From Armatimonadota bacterium (GTDB lineage: Bacteria > Armatimonadota > UBA10988), in assembly GCA_016235455.1 (NCBI GenBank), contig JACRKZ010000083.1:1-17611 (forward strand): DNA of 17,611 nucleotides, given 5' to 3'. The notes beneath the pieces are model-generated. The model was not told the origin of the DNA. It saw only the letters and a list, made by a program, of their open reading frames with translations, and searched no databases. Positions 1 to 7,493 of this stretch are shown here, one piece after another. Made by a program: the position numbers and the translations under genes. Position 1 is the first letter of the stretch; the number at the start of each line of letters is the position of its first letter.

Positions 1-1
1 G

Positions 2-1351
2 GTCGGAGCAGTCGAACCCGCCTACGCGCCGACGGCTGTTGGTGACCTGATAGCCCACCACATCGCCCAACGCCGGTGGCTGCGACAGGCCCTCGACCGT
101 GACGAAGCCGATCTCGTGGTAGCTGAAGCGGTTGCGGAAGGTGCCGTGGCCGGACGGGCCCAGGATGTACTGGTTGAGCGCATTGAACTCGACCTCACGA
201 TCGGCCAGCGACGAGGCCTTGATGGTCACCTGCTCGCCGGGCTTGCCGCGCAGCTCGACCTGCACCCAGCCGGCATAGAGCCGGTCCATGACGAACCGCC
301 ACTTGCCGGGCGCCACCTCGCTCATCGACCGGGCGGCGATGGGTGCGCTCAGCTGGTTGGGCTCGATCACGTCGGGCGTGAGCGCGCGGCCTGTCTCGTA
401 GACCGTCGCCTTCTCCCAACCGGAGTCGTCGAGACCGGCGGCGCACCAGCCGGGCAACTCGCGGCCGGCGTCGACGCGGTCGCCGCCGAAGTCGCCGTTC
501 TGCCAGCGACCCAGATGCCGGGTGCTGCTCAATGCGCAGCGCCAACTGTCGTCGGTGCCGAGCGTGCGGCCATCGAGCTGGAGCTGCGCGATGACCAGTG
601 GGGCCTTGGCCACGCCGAAGTTGACCTTGTCGGGGTTGCCGTCGAGGAACTGCGTCCAGCCCGGCGCGATCCACAGGCCCACGGCGTTGCGGCCGGGCTT
701 CAGGTACGGCGTCAGGTCGTAGGTGACGTACAGCGCTCGGCGGCGCAGATCGCTGACCGACGGCGTCAGCACCGCGTCGCCCACGCGCCGGCCGTTCACA
801 TACAGCTCATGGAAGCCCAGCGTGCCGACCGAGGCCAGCGCCACCCCGGGCACACGCTCCAGGTCGAACTCGCGGCGCAGCCACGGGCACTCGCCCTCGG
901 CGGCCGAGGCCATGCCAATCCACCTGGCCTGCCAGTCGGCTTGGGAGAGCAGCCCCACGGAGAACCGCGCCGGCGCGCTCGGCGGCAGGGCACGGCCGTC
1001 CCGGTCCCAGACCTGCACACGCCACCAGGCCATCTGACCAGAGCGCAGCGGTCGGCCGGCGTACTCGACGCCTACCGACTGCGGGCCGGCGACGCGGCCC
1101 GAGTCCCACAGGTCGGCGCTGCCCGCCAGCAGCAACTCGCGTCGGCTGGCCACGGTCACCCGGTAGGCCGTCTGCTGCTGCGCCCGCGTCGCCGCCGGGT
1201 CGTCCAGGCGCCAACTTAGCCGTGGCCAAGCCGTGTCGAGCCCGAGCGCATCGGTCAGATACTCGGCGCGCAGATCGACGGCGCTGGGCGGCGCCGCCGC
1301 CCCCGACAGACAGTTCAGCGCAAGCAAGGTCGCCAGCAACCCCACATCCAT
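2..1351 (-). CDS. Alpha-L-rhamnosidase, GH78 family, N-terminal ~450 aa (3'-truncated by window edge)
   Basis: Not in the ORF track because there is no stop in the window. Manual translation from ATG at 1351: MDVGLLATLLALNCLSGAAA (signal-like), then VDLRAEYLTDALGLDTAWPRLSWRL...QTAYRVTVAS...ADLWDSGRV, and at the window edge FRNRFSYHEIGFVTVEGL...VGGFDCSD. These match the typical GH78 N-terminal Fn3-like and beta-sandwich domains. GGAG lies upstream of the start; an in-frame GTG at 1354 is an alternative start. Confidence 0.88.
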   Translation of the reverse strand, partial: MDVGLLATLLALNCLSGAAAPPSAVDLRAEYLTDALGLDTAWPRLSWRLDDPAATRAQQQTAYRVTVASRRELLLAGSADLWDSGRVAGPQSVGVEYAGRPLRSGQMAWWRVQVWDRDGRALPPSAPARFSVGLLSQADWQARWIGMASAAEGECPWLRREFDLERVPGVALASVGTLGFHELYVNGRRVGDAVLTPSVSDLRRRALYVTYDLTPYLKPGRNAVGLWIAPGWTQFLDGNPDKVNFGVAKAPLVIAQLQLDGRTLGTDDSWRCALSSTRHLGRWQNGDFGGDRVDAGRELPGWCAAGLDDSGWEKATVYETGRALTPDVIEPNQLSAPIAARSMSEVAPGKWRFVMDRLYAGWVQVELRGKPGEQVTIKASSLADREVEFNALNQYILGPSGHGTFRNRFSYHEIGFVTVEGLSQPPALGDVVGYQVTNSRRRVGGFDCSD

Positions 1352-1415
1352 CACAGCCCAACTCCCGCCGCGGCCGCCATGGCAGCCCGCGCGATACCCT
1401 CTCCTGCCGGCCGCA

Positions 1416-4400
1416 TCAAGGCTTCAGCGCGCTCGGCGACGCCACGGTGAACGCGATCACCTCGCCGTCGGTGCCAAAGTACCCGCCCCAGCCGATGCTC
1501 ATCGCCGCGATCTGCTTGATATCCAGCGTCTCGCCGCCGGTCTTGGCGGCGCCGAAGCGACTGAACCGCTCCCAGGGCACCTGGCTCACCCGCCAGCCGG
1601 CATGGTTGAGCAGCCGGCCGACCGTGGCGATGTACTGCCCACCGTCGGCCGTGGTGATGATGCAGTAGAGCGTGGCCGGCGAGGCCTGGCCCTCACCCAC
1701 GCCCGTTTCGATGCGCAGCGCGTCGGTGCCGGACAGGTCCACGGGTTGGGCGTACTTGAACTGGGCGAACTGGAACGTGTCCACGCCGGTCTTGGTGATG
1801 CGGCCCTCGAACCGCCATGCGGCGCGCCCGTCGGGCAGGCTCGCCGACTGCACCGGCTTGGCGGCAACAAACTCGCCCCCGCCCGCGGTCGGCACCACCT
1901 CGGGCAGCGCCACGGGCTTGCCCAGCACCAGCAGCCCGGCGTCTGGCGTCAGTCGGGCCCGCGGCGCGGCCGCGGCATAGCGCAGGACGACCCCGCGATA
2001 AGCCGGCAGGCTGAGCTGCACGGTCGGCCCGGCGACCGCCGTGCGCTGGCCTGTCACCGGGTCACACAGCTCGCCCGCGCCGCTGGCGGAGACCGTCACC
2101 TGGGCCTGACAGGCGGAGGCGCTGTCGTTGATGACGAAGTACACCTCGTGCCCGTCGACCGCGCGGTGGGTGGTGCGTAGCGGAGCGAGCCGGGGCAGCG
2201 CCACATCGCGCGCGACCAGCAGATCGAGCGCCGTGCCCAAAAGTGACTCGCTGCCCGCCGGCAGCCACACACCACGCGCGCCGCCGGCGCCAGCGATGAT
2301 CGACGGCTGGTCGCCCGTGCCGAAGGCCTTGGCCGCGAAGGCCTGCGCCGCGGCGCTCGGGAACTGGTCGGACTGGTTGAGCGGCCGGCGGCTGAGGCCG
2401 ACCAGGGCGCCGCCCGCCTGCCAGAACTGCTCGAGCCGCTGCCACGCGGCGGCCGGCAAGGTCTCGACCGCCGGCAACACCAGCACCGACCAGGCCAAAC
2501 TGCCGTGCACCAGGCGGTTGCCCTCGACGCGGCTGTCCACAATGGCCTTGGCGTCGAGGATGCAGGCATCGCGCCCCGTCTTGAAGACCGTGTCGACCGC
2601 CGTGTTGTAGGCCTGCTCGATCTCGACCGAAGCCGCATCGGGGCTGCCGACGCCCTTGGCCGGCTCGGTGTGCGGCCACAGGCTGTTGATCGGGTAGACC
2701 ACCGCCACATCGGCCACCTGATGCCCGCCGCGTAGCGCGGTGCAGACGCGGCCGGTGTACAGGTTCAAGTGCTCCATGTCGGCCTGGTCCAGGCCAGCGA
2801 ACGAGTAGTAGCTGGTGAAGGTGTTGATGCCGCCGACCGCCTGGCGGTTGATGGTACCGAGTATCTCGTCGGCGGTGACCGTGATCGGCGGCCGCTTGTC
2901 ACCCTCGGGGCGGTAGCGCTGCGAATGGTCACTGGTCTCGCTCATGGTCAGCGTGCGGCCCTCGAGCTCGGCCACGCTGCTCAACAGCCGCGCCGCAGAC
3001 CACGGCACCTGGCTGGGAATGCTGGTCAGCATGTCGATGCTCGGTGCGTCGAGTCCACGCGCACAGGCCATGAAGTCGCCATACAGCTGAACATGACCGC
3101 GGAAGCTCTCTTCCATCAGCAGGTGGCCGCCGGCGGGCACACCCAGCTCGCGGCAGCGCTTCTGGATCTGGCCGAAGTAGTTCTCGCTGACCAGATCGGC
3201 CACCGTCTGCCAGAAGTCGTAGCGCACTTTGGCGCCGGGCGCGCCGCCATCCACGGCCAGGGCCGCCAGGCTCGGCGCCAGATCGTAGCCCCGGCGACGC
3301 CGGAACTCGGGCGCCAGGTTATCCGACCAGGGCAACACCGCATAGGGCATGGCCCGCAGGAAGCAGCTCATGAGCGACGGCTCGTCGGTGAAGGTCGCCT
3401 TGAAGACCTTGCTCAGATCGCCCAGTTCGCGCGCATAGGAGTCGTGGGTCAGTTCGATATAGCGCTTGGTGGGCTCGGGCAGCAGCAGATTGGTGTAAGT
3501 CTGATGCACGAACACGTTCAGCGAGGCATGGGTGCCCTCGTAGATCTTGTCGCGCGTGACCAACGCCACCTGCCACGAGCCCGCCGCGGGTGGCGTCCAC
3601 TTGAGCTTGCCGTCGGCGATGGCCGCCGACACGTCGACGCCCTGGGCCAGGTCGGTGCCGGGATAGGCCCTGGCCAGCACCAGGCGGCCCGGCGGCACGG
3701 CCAGCTCGACCGGTCCCGTGGCCGTCACCTTGGCCACCAGCAGACCCTCGGCTTCCCACTCGGGATGGCCCTTGAGCACCTGCATGCCGGCGGTGCCCGA
3801 GGGATAGCCCATCTCGTCGTACAGCCACATGGTCATGTTGAGGCGCTTGGCCTCGGCCACGACGCGGCGGAGCTGGTCCCAGTGGGGCTTGCTGTGCAGG
3901 TACTGCTCGTTCCACGGGCCAACATTGGTGGCGAACCCGCCGAAGCCCAGCCGCCGCAACTCGGCGATCTGGTCGAGCTCGGGCTGCGCGCCGAGCGGCC
4001 AGGAATGGACGATCTTGAGAATGCGCGTGCTGCCCGGCGGGTCGGCGAAGCGCTGCTCGAACGGCCGGTCCTCAGCGGGCAAAGGCGTGACCATCAGCTT
4101 CTCCTCGGGCAGCAGGCTCAGCCGCGGGCCATCGATGCCGCCCGGCCCGCCGCCATCGGTGACCTCGATGGCCACCACGTTCTCCGCACCGAACCGCAGC
4201 AGGTCGGCCGGCAGCGCATAGCGTCGCGCCGACTGCACACCCACCGTCGCGCCGACCTGGCGGCCGTTGACAAAGGTGCGGTCCTGGTCATCGACTCCGC
4301 CCAGGATCAGCACGACAGGCTTGCCGCGCCACGCCTCGGGCACGGTCACCCGCCGCCGGTACCAGGCGATGCCGTCGTAGTCGCTCCAGGGCATGGTGCC

Positions 4401-4649
4401 CTTGGGCGTCGGCGGCTGACCGGGCCGTGGGTCGGTGATGCCTTGGGGCTCCCAGGAGCCGGGCACCTTCAGCTCGCGCCAGCCGCTGTCGTCAAAGCCG
4501 GGCGTAGCCCAGCCTTGCGCCACGCCGATGCCCTCAGGATCGGTGAGGAAGCGCCAGGCGCCGTTGAGGTTGCCCACGGTAGCGGGCAGCTCCTGCGCGG
4601 CCAGCGGCACGACTAGCAGGACCGACGCGAGCACGGTGACGAACTTCAT
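1416..4649 (-). CDS. Secreted multidomain glycoside hydrolase (1077 aa): GH2-type N-terminal sugar-binding jelly roll + GH106-like (alpha-L-rhamnosidase-like) catalytic core + GATase-like/trimerisation domain + C-terminal CBM-like beta-sandwich
   Basis: True start is MKFVTVLASVLLVVPLAAQ at 4649, with AGGAG upstream and a Sec-type signal. The 5843 start in the ORF track is a shadow extension. N-domain motifs: LNGAWRF, FDDSGW, VPGSWE, YDGIAWYRR, LGGVDDQDRTFVNG, DGGGPGGI. Core motifs: WLYDEMGYPSGTAG, FTDEPS, ENYFGQIQ..C, GGHLLMEE, MSETSD. Later: LVLPAVETLP and YFVIND. Confidence 0.8.
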   Translation of the reverse strand: MKFVTVLASVLLVVPLAAQELPATVGNLNGAWRFLTDPEGIGVAQGWATPGFDDSGWRELKVPGSWEPQGITDPRPGQPPTPKGTMPWSDYDGIAWYRRRVTVPEAWRGKPVVLILGGVDDQDRTFVNGRQVGATVGVQSARRYALPADLLRFGAENVVAIEVTDGGGPGGIDGPRLSLLPEEKLMVTPLPAEDRPFEQRFADPPGSTRILKIVHSWPLGAQPELDQIAELRRLGFGGFATNVGPWNEQYLHSKPHWDQLRRVVAEAKRLNMTMWLYDEMGYPSGTAGMQVLKGHPEWEAEGLLVAKVTATGPVELAVPPGRLVLARAYPGTDLAQGVDVSAAIADGKLKWTPPAAGSWQVALVTRDKIYEGTHASLNVFVHQTYTNLLLPEPTKRYIELTHDSYARELGDLSKVFKATFTDEPSLMSCFLRAMPYAVLPWSDNLAPEFRRRRGYDLAPSLAALAVDGGAPGAKVRYDFWQTVADLVSENYFGQIQKRCRELGVPAGGHLLMEESFRGHVQLYGDFMACARGLDAPSIDMLTSIPSQVPWSAARLLSSVAELEGRTLTMSETSDHSQRYRPEGDKRPPITVTADEILGTINRQAVGGINTFTSYYSFAGLDQADMEHLNLYTGRVCTALRGGHQVADVAVVYPINSLWPHTEPAKGVGSPDAASVEIEQAYNTAVDTVFKTGRDACILDAKAIVDSRVEGNRLVHGSLAWSVLVLPAVETLPAAAWQRLEQFWQAGGALVGLSRRPLNQSDQFPSAAAQAFAAKAFGTGDQPSIIAGAGGARGVWLPAGSESLLGTALDLLVARDVALPRLAPLRTTHRAVDGHEVYFVINDSASACQAQVTVSASGAGELCDPVTGQRTAVAGPTVQLSLPAYRGVVLRYAAAAPRARLTPDAGLLVLGKPVALPEVVPTAGGGEFVAAKPVQSASLPDGRAAWRFEGRITKTGVDTFQFAQFKYAQPVDLSGTDALRIETGVGEGQASPATLYCIITTADGGQYIATVGRLLNHAGWRVSQVPWERFSRFGAAKTGGETLDIKQIAAMSIGWGGYFGTDGEVIAFTVASPSALKP

Positions 4650-4657
4650 GGTTGCTC

Positions 4658-5803
4658 CTACCGCCAGGGCGGCCCCGCGTTGCGGCCACGGCGGCCCGGC
4701 ACTGGCTCTGGGCTGAGCTCCGCGAGCGGGATATCGCGGAACAAGACGACGCTGCCATCCAGCCCACACACCTCGATGCGGATCGACGGAGAGGGGCCAT
4801 CCCAGCGCACGCGCAGCAGCCCGAAGTTGGAGCCCGTGTAGGGCCGCTCGTGGAGGCGGTAGCGGTTGGGTTGTGGTTTGGGCGGATTGAGCGCCTTGTG
4901 CTCGGATTCCTTCTCTACCGGTTGGTTGAGCCCGCTGGTGGTCACATCGTAGATGGGGTATGGGGCGCCGTCCTCTGGTGGCAGCATGGCCAGTTCGGCA
5001 AGATGGCGATCCCCGCTGATCACGACCAGACCCTTCGCCTGGGTGCGACGCAGGAGGTCCAATAGCCGGGCTCGCTCGGCCGGGAAGTTGCTCCACTTCT
5101 CCGAACCGTGCTCGGTCGCGACAAACTGAATGCTGGACGCGAGCACACGGATTGCGGCCGGTTCGCGCAGGCGGCGCTCCAGCCAGGCCCACTGCTCCTC
5201 GCCGAGCATCGTCGCGCCGGGATCGGTGTTGCCGATGATGACCTTGGGGTTGGCCGGGTCCTTCCTCAGCGGCGAGCGGAACATGCGCGTGTCCAGGAGG
5301 ATGATCTGAACCCGCCTGCTCGCCGGGCCCAGCGTGACGCAACGATAGACGCCGGGCGTGGCGCGCAACGGTGAATCGGCGGGCACCTGGAAGAACTCGC
5401 AGAACTCCTCCTGCGCCGCCTGAGCGCCGGGGAAGCCGGCGCCGCCATCGTTGACGCCGTAGTCGTGGTCGTCCCAGGTGGCGAACAGCGGCGTGGTTTG
5501 GCGCAGCCTGGCGAAGCCCGGCATGCCGGCGAGCAAGGCGTACTTCGCCCTGAACACGGCCGGGTCGGCGGTGTCGGCGTAGATGTTGTCGCCGAGGAGC
5601 ACGAACGCATCGCAGCGGGCGGCGTTGATGCTGTCCCAGATCGGCTGCGGTCGATCCTGCCGCGCGCACGAGCCGAAGCCCAGCGTGGTGATGGCAAGTT
5701 CCGGCTGCGCCGCAACCCTGTCCGACGCGGCCACCGCCGACGCGGCCGCCACCAGCAGGGCAGCGAGGAGGGCAACCATCAGCTTGGTGTTCATGCCTTC
5801 CAT
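4658..5803 (-). CDS. phoD: Alkaline phosphatase D (PhoD) family metallophosphatase/phosphodiesterase, secreted
   Basis: Motifs GFGSC, LLGDNIYADT, ATWDDHDYG.ND, ILLDTR, MLGEEQWAWL, EKWSNF..ER, ISGDRH, and a hydrophobic signal peptide. The start could be 5803 or 5794. The stop TAG overlaps the AGGAG RBS of the next gene. Confidence 0.9.
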   Translation of the reverse strand: MEGMNTKLMVALLAALLVAAASAVAASDRVAAQPELAITTLGFGSCARQDRPQPIWDSINAARCDAFVLLGDNIYADTADPAVFRAKYALLAGMPGFARLRQTTPLFATWDDHDYGVNDGGAGFPGAQAAQEEFCEFFQVPADSPLRATPGVYRCVTLGPASRRVQIILLDTRMFRSPLRKDPANPKVIIGNTDPGATMLGEEQWAWLERRLREPAAIRVLASSIQFVATEHGSEKWSNFPAERARLLDLLRRTQAKGLVVISGDRHLAELAMLPPEDGAPYPIYDVTTSGLNQPVEKESEHKALNPPKPQPNRYRLHERPYTGSNFGLLRVRWDGPSPSIRIEVCGLDGSVVLFRDIPLAELSPEPVPGRRGRNAGPPWR

Positions 5804-6065
5804 TCCGCGCCGCGGCCCGCACGAGCGTGCGGGCGGTCACCACAAGCGCGGTGGCCCTGGGCGGCGTCTGCCCCCGACTTCACCGGTGGCGCCGGTTATC
5901 CTGTCACCTGAACTCGAAGATCGACCCCACGGGGGACACGATGCCGTGGGGCGCCTCGGGACCACCGCCTGATGCTACCAAAACAGGAGGGGAAGCCGGC
6001 GGCCCGCCGAAGGGGCTCGCGGTGACTCGTGGGCAGCCCACGCGCCACGGTGGGATGAGGCGAAC

Positions 6066-7493
6066 ATGGCAACTCGGCAAGGCATGGAACGTCGGACCTT
6101 CCTCAAGGCCGCCACGGCGGCGGTGGCCAGCGCCGCCCTGCCCTCCTTTGCGGTCGGCAGGCCGGGCAAGTCGGCCAATGGCAAGGTCAATATCGCCTTC
6201 ATTGGCTCCGGCGGCTGGATTGCCCAGCAGCCGTACGGTCAGGGCTGCTCGGAGGAAAACCTGGTCGCCTTCTGCGACGTGGACCGCAACCTGTGCGCGG
6301 AGAACATGAAGGCCTGGCGCACCAACCAGCCGTTCTTCGACGACTTCCGCGTGATGCTCGACAAGATGCACAAGGAGATCGACGCGGTCGTGGTCTCCAC
6401 GCCTGACCACACGCACTTTGCCGCCACGCTCATGGCGATGGAGCGGGGCATACACGTCTACACGCAGAAGCCGCTGGCCCACGATCTCTGGCAGTGCCGC
6501 ACGCTGGCCAGGGCCAGGGACCGCTACCAGGTGGTCACCCAGATGGGCAACCAGGGCCATGCCGGCGACGGCATCCGCCAGTCGGTAGAGGCCGTGCGTG
6601 CCGGGGTGATTGGCGAGGTGGCCCAGGTATTCTGCCGCAACGGCGGCCCTGAGATGGGCGGCACCCACTTTGCCAACCCGGCCACCATGCCGCCGCCCGC
6701 CTCGCCGGTGCCCGCCGGCCTGTCCTGGGACCTGTGGCTCGGCCCGACACGCCAACGCGACTTCTACGTCGACTACCTGCCGAAGAAGTGGCGCGCCTTC
6801 TACGACTTCGGCCTGGGCATGCTCGGCGACTTTGGCTGCCACACGCTGGACACGCCGGTCTGGGCGCTCGACCTCGACCCGCCGACAGTGGTCGAATGCC
6901 TGCGGCGGGAGAAGTCGCTGGACGGCGTGATCCCCACGGCCAGCCACCTGCGCTTCCATTTCCCGGCCAAGGGCGCGCGCGGACCGGTGAAGCTTGACTG
7001 GCTCGACGGCCCGCAGGATTGGTCCAAGGTCGGGCGCATCGACGCTTTTGGCGCCGAGAGCGCCGACCATCTCGGTCGCGCCTGCTGGATGGTGGGCACC
7101 AAGGGCCTGCTGGGCTGCGGCACCCACGCCGGCGTGCCCATCATCCTGCCCGACGATGTGCGCGAAGGGTGGCAGAAGAACCCGCCGCCGAAGACCATTC
7201 CGCGCGTCGAGGGTGGCTCGTTCCGCGAATGGCTGCGGGCCATCAAGGACGGCGGACCCGAGCCCGGCTCCAACTTCGGCGTCTCGGCCAACCTCACCGA
7301 GATCATCTTGCTCGGCGTGTTGGCGCAGCGCTTTGGCACCCGCATCGAGTGGGACGCCAAGGCCGGCCGCATCACCAACCACCCCGAACTGAACGCCTTC
7401 GTCAAGGAACCGGCCCGCGAAGGCTGGCGCCTCGGCGAGACGCTAGGTACCCAGCCAGACCGTTCGCCCGCGCGGCAAGGCACCCTCCGATGA
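6066..7493 (+). CDS. Gfo/Idh/MocA family NAD(P)-dependent oxidoreductase with twin-arginine signal
   Basis: Tat motif ERRTFLK, Rossmann start VNIAFIGSGG, VAFCDVD, DAVVVSTPDHTH, HVYTQKPLAH, VTQMGNQG, WDLWLGP, GMLGDFGCH, IEWD. GAGG RBS lies just upstream of the start. Confidence 0.92.
   Translation: MATRQGMERRTFLKAATAAVASAALPSFAVGRPGKSANGKVNIAFIGSGGWIAQQPYGQGCSEENLVAFCDVDRNLCAENMKAWRTNQPFFDDFRVMLDKMHKEIDAVVVSTPDHTHFAATLMAMERGIHVYTQKPLAHDLWQCRTLARARDRYQVVTQMGNQGHAGDGIRQSVEAVRAGVIGEVAQVFCRNGGPEMGGTHFANPATMPPPASPVPAGLSWDLWLGPTRQRDFYVDYLPKKWRAFYDFGLGMLGDFGCHTLDTPVWALDLDPPTVVECLRREKSLDGVIPTASHLRFHFPAKGARGPVKLDWLDGPQDWSKVGRIDAFGAESADHLGRACWMVGTKGLLGCGTHAGVPIILPDDVREGWQKNPPPKTIPRVEGGSFREWLRAIKDGGPEPGSNFGVSANLTEIILLGVLAQRFGTRIEWDAKAGRITNHPELNAFVKEPAREGWRLGETLGTQPDRSPARQGTLR

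Noticed and set aside
116-4616. Long plus-strand ORFs (116-1219, 1233-2180, 2769-4616)
   Set aside because: Antisense mirrors of real minus-strand glycosidase genes, with no recognisable motifs.
4650-5843. 398-codon N-terminal extension making a 1475-aa ORF that fully overlaps phoD
   Set aside because: Shadow frame: its first codon positions are phoD's GC-rich third positions, so stops are rare. The sequence is Arg/Gly/Pro-rich noise, and a clear SD plus signal peptide marks 4649 as the start.
5983-6035. ACAGGAG...CGCCGAAGGGG resembling the start of a glycine riboswitch aptamer
   Set aside because: The conserved downstream CUCUCAGG element is absent and the gene context is unrelated to glycine metabolism.
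7019-7489. Upstream extension of the SASA ORF overlapping the oxidoreductase
   Set aside because: Same GC3 shadow effect; the signal peptide and ATGA overlap identify 7490 as the start.
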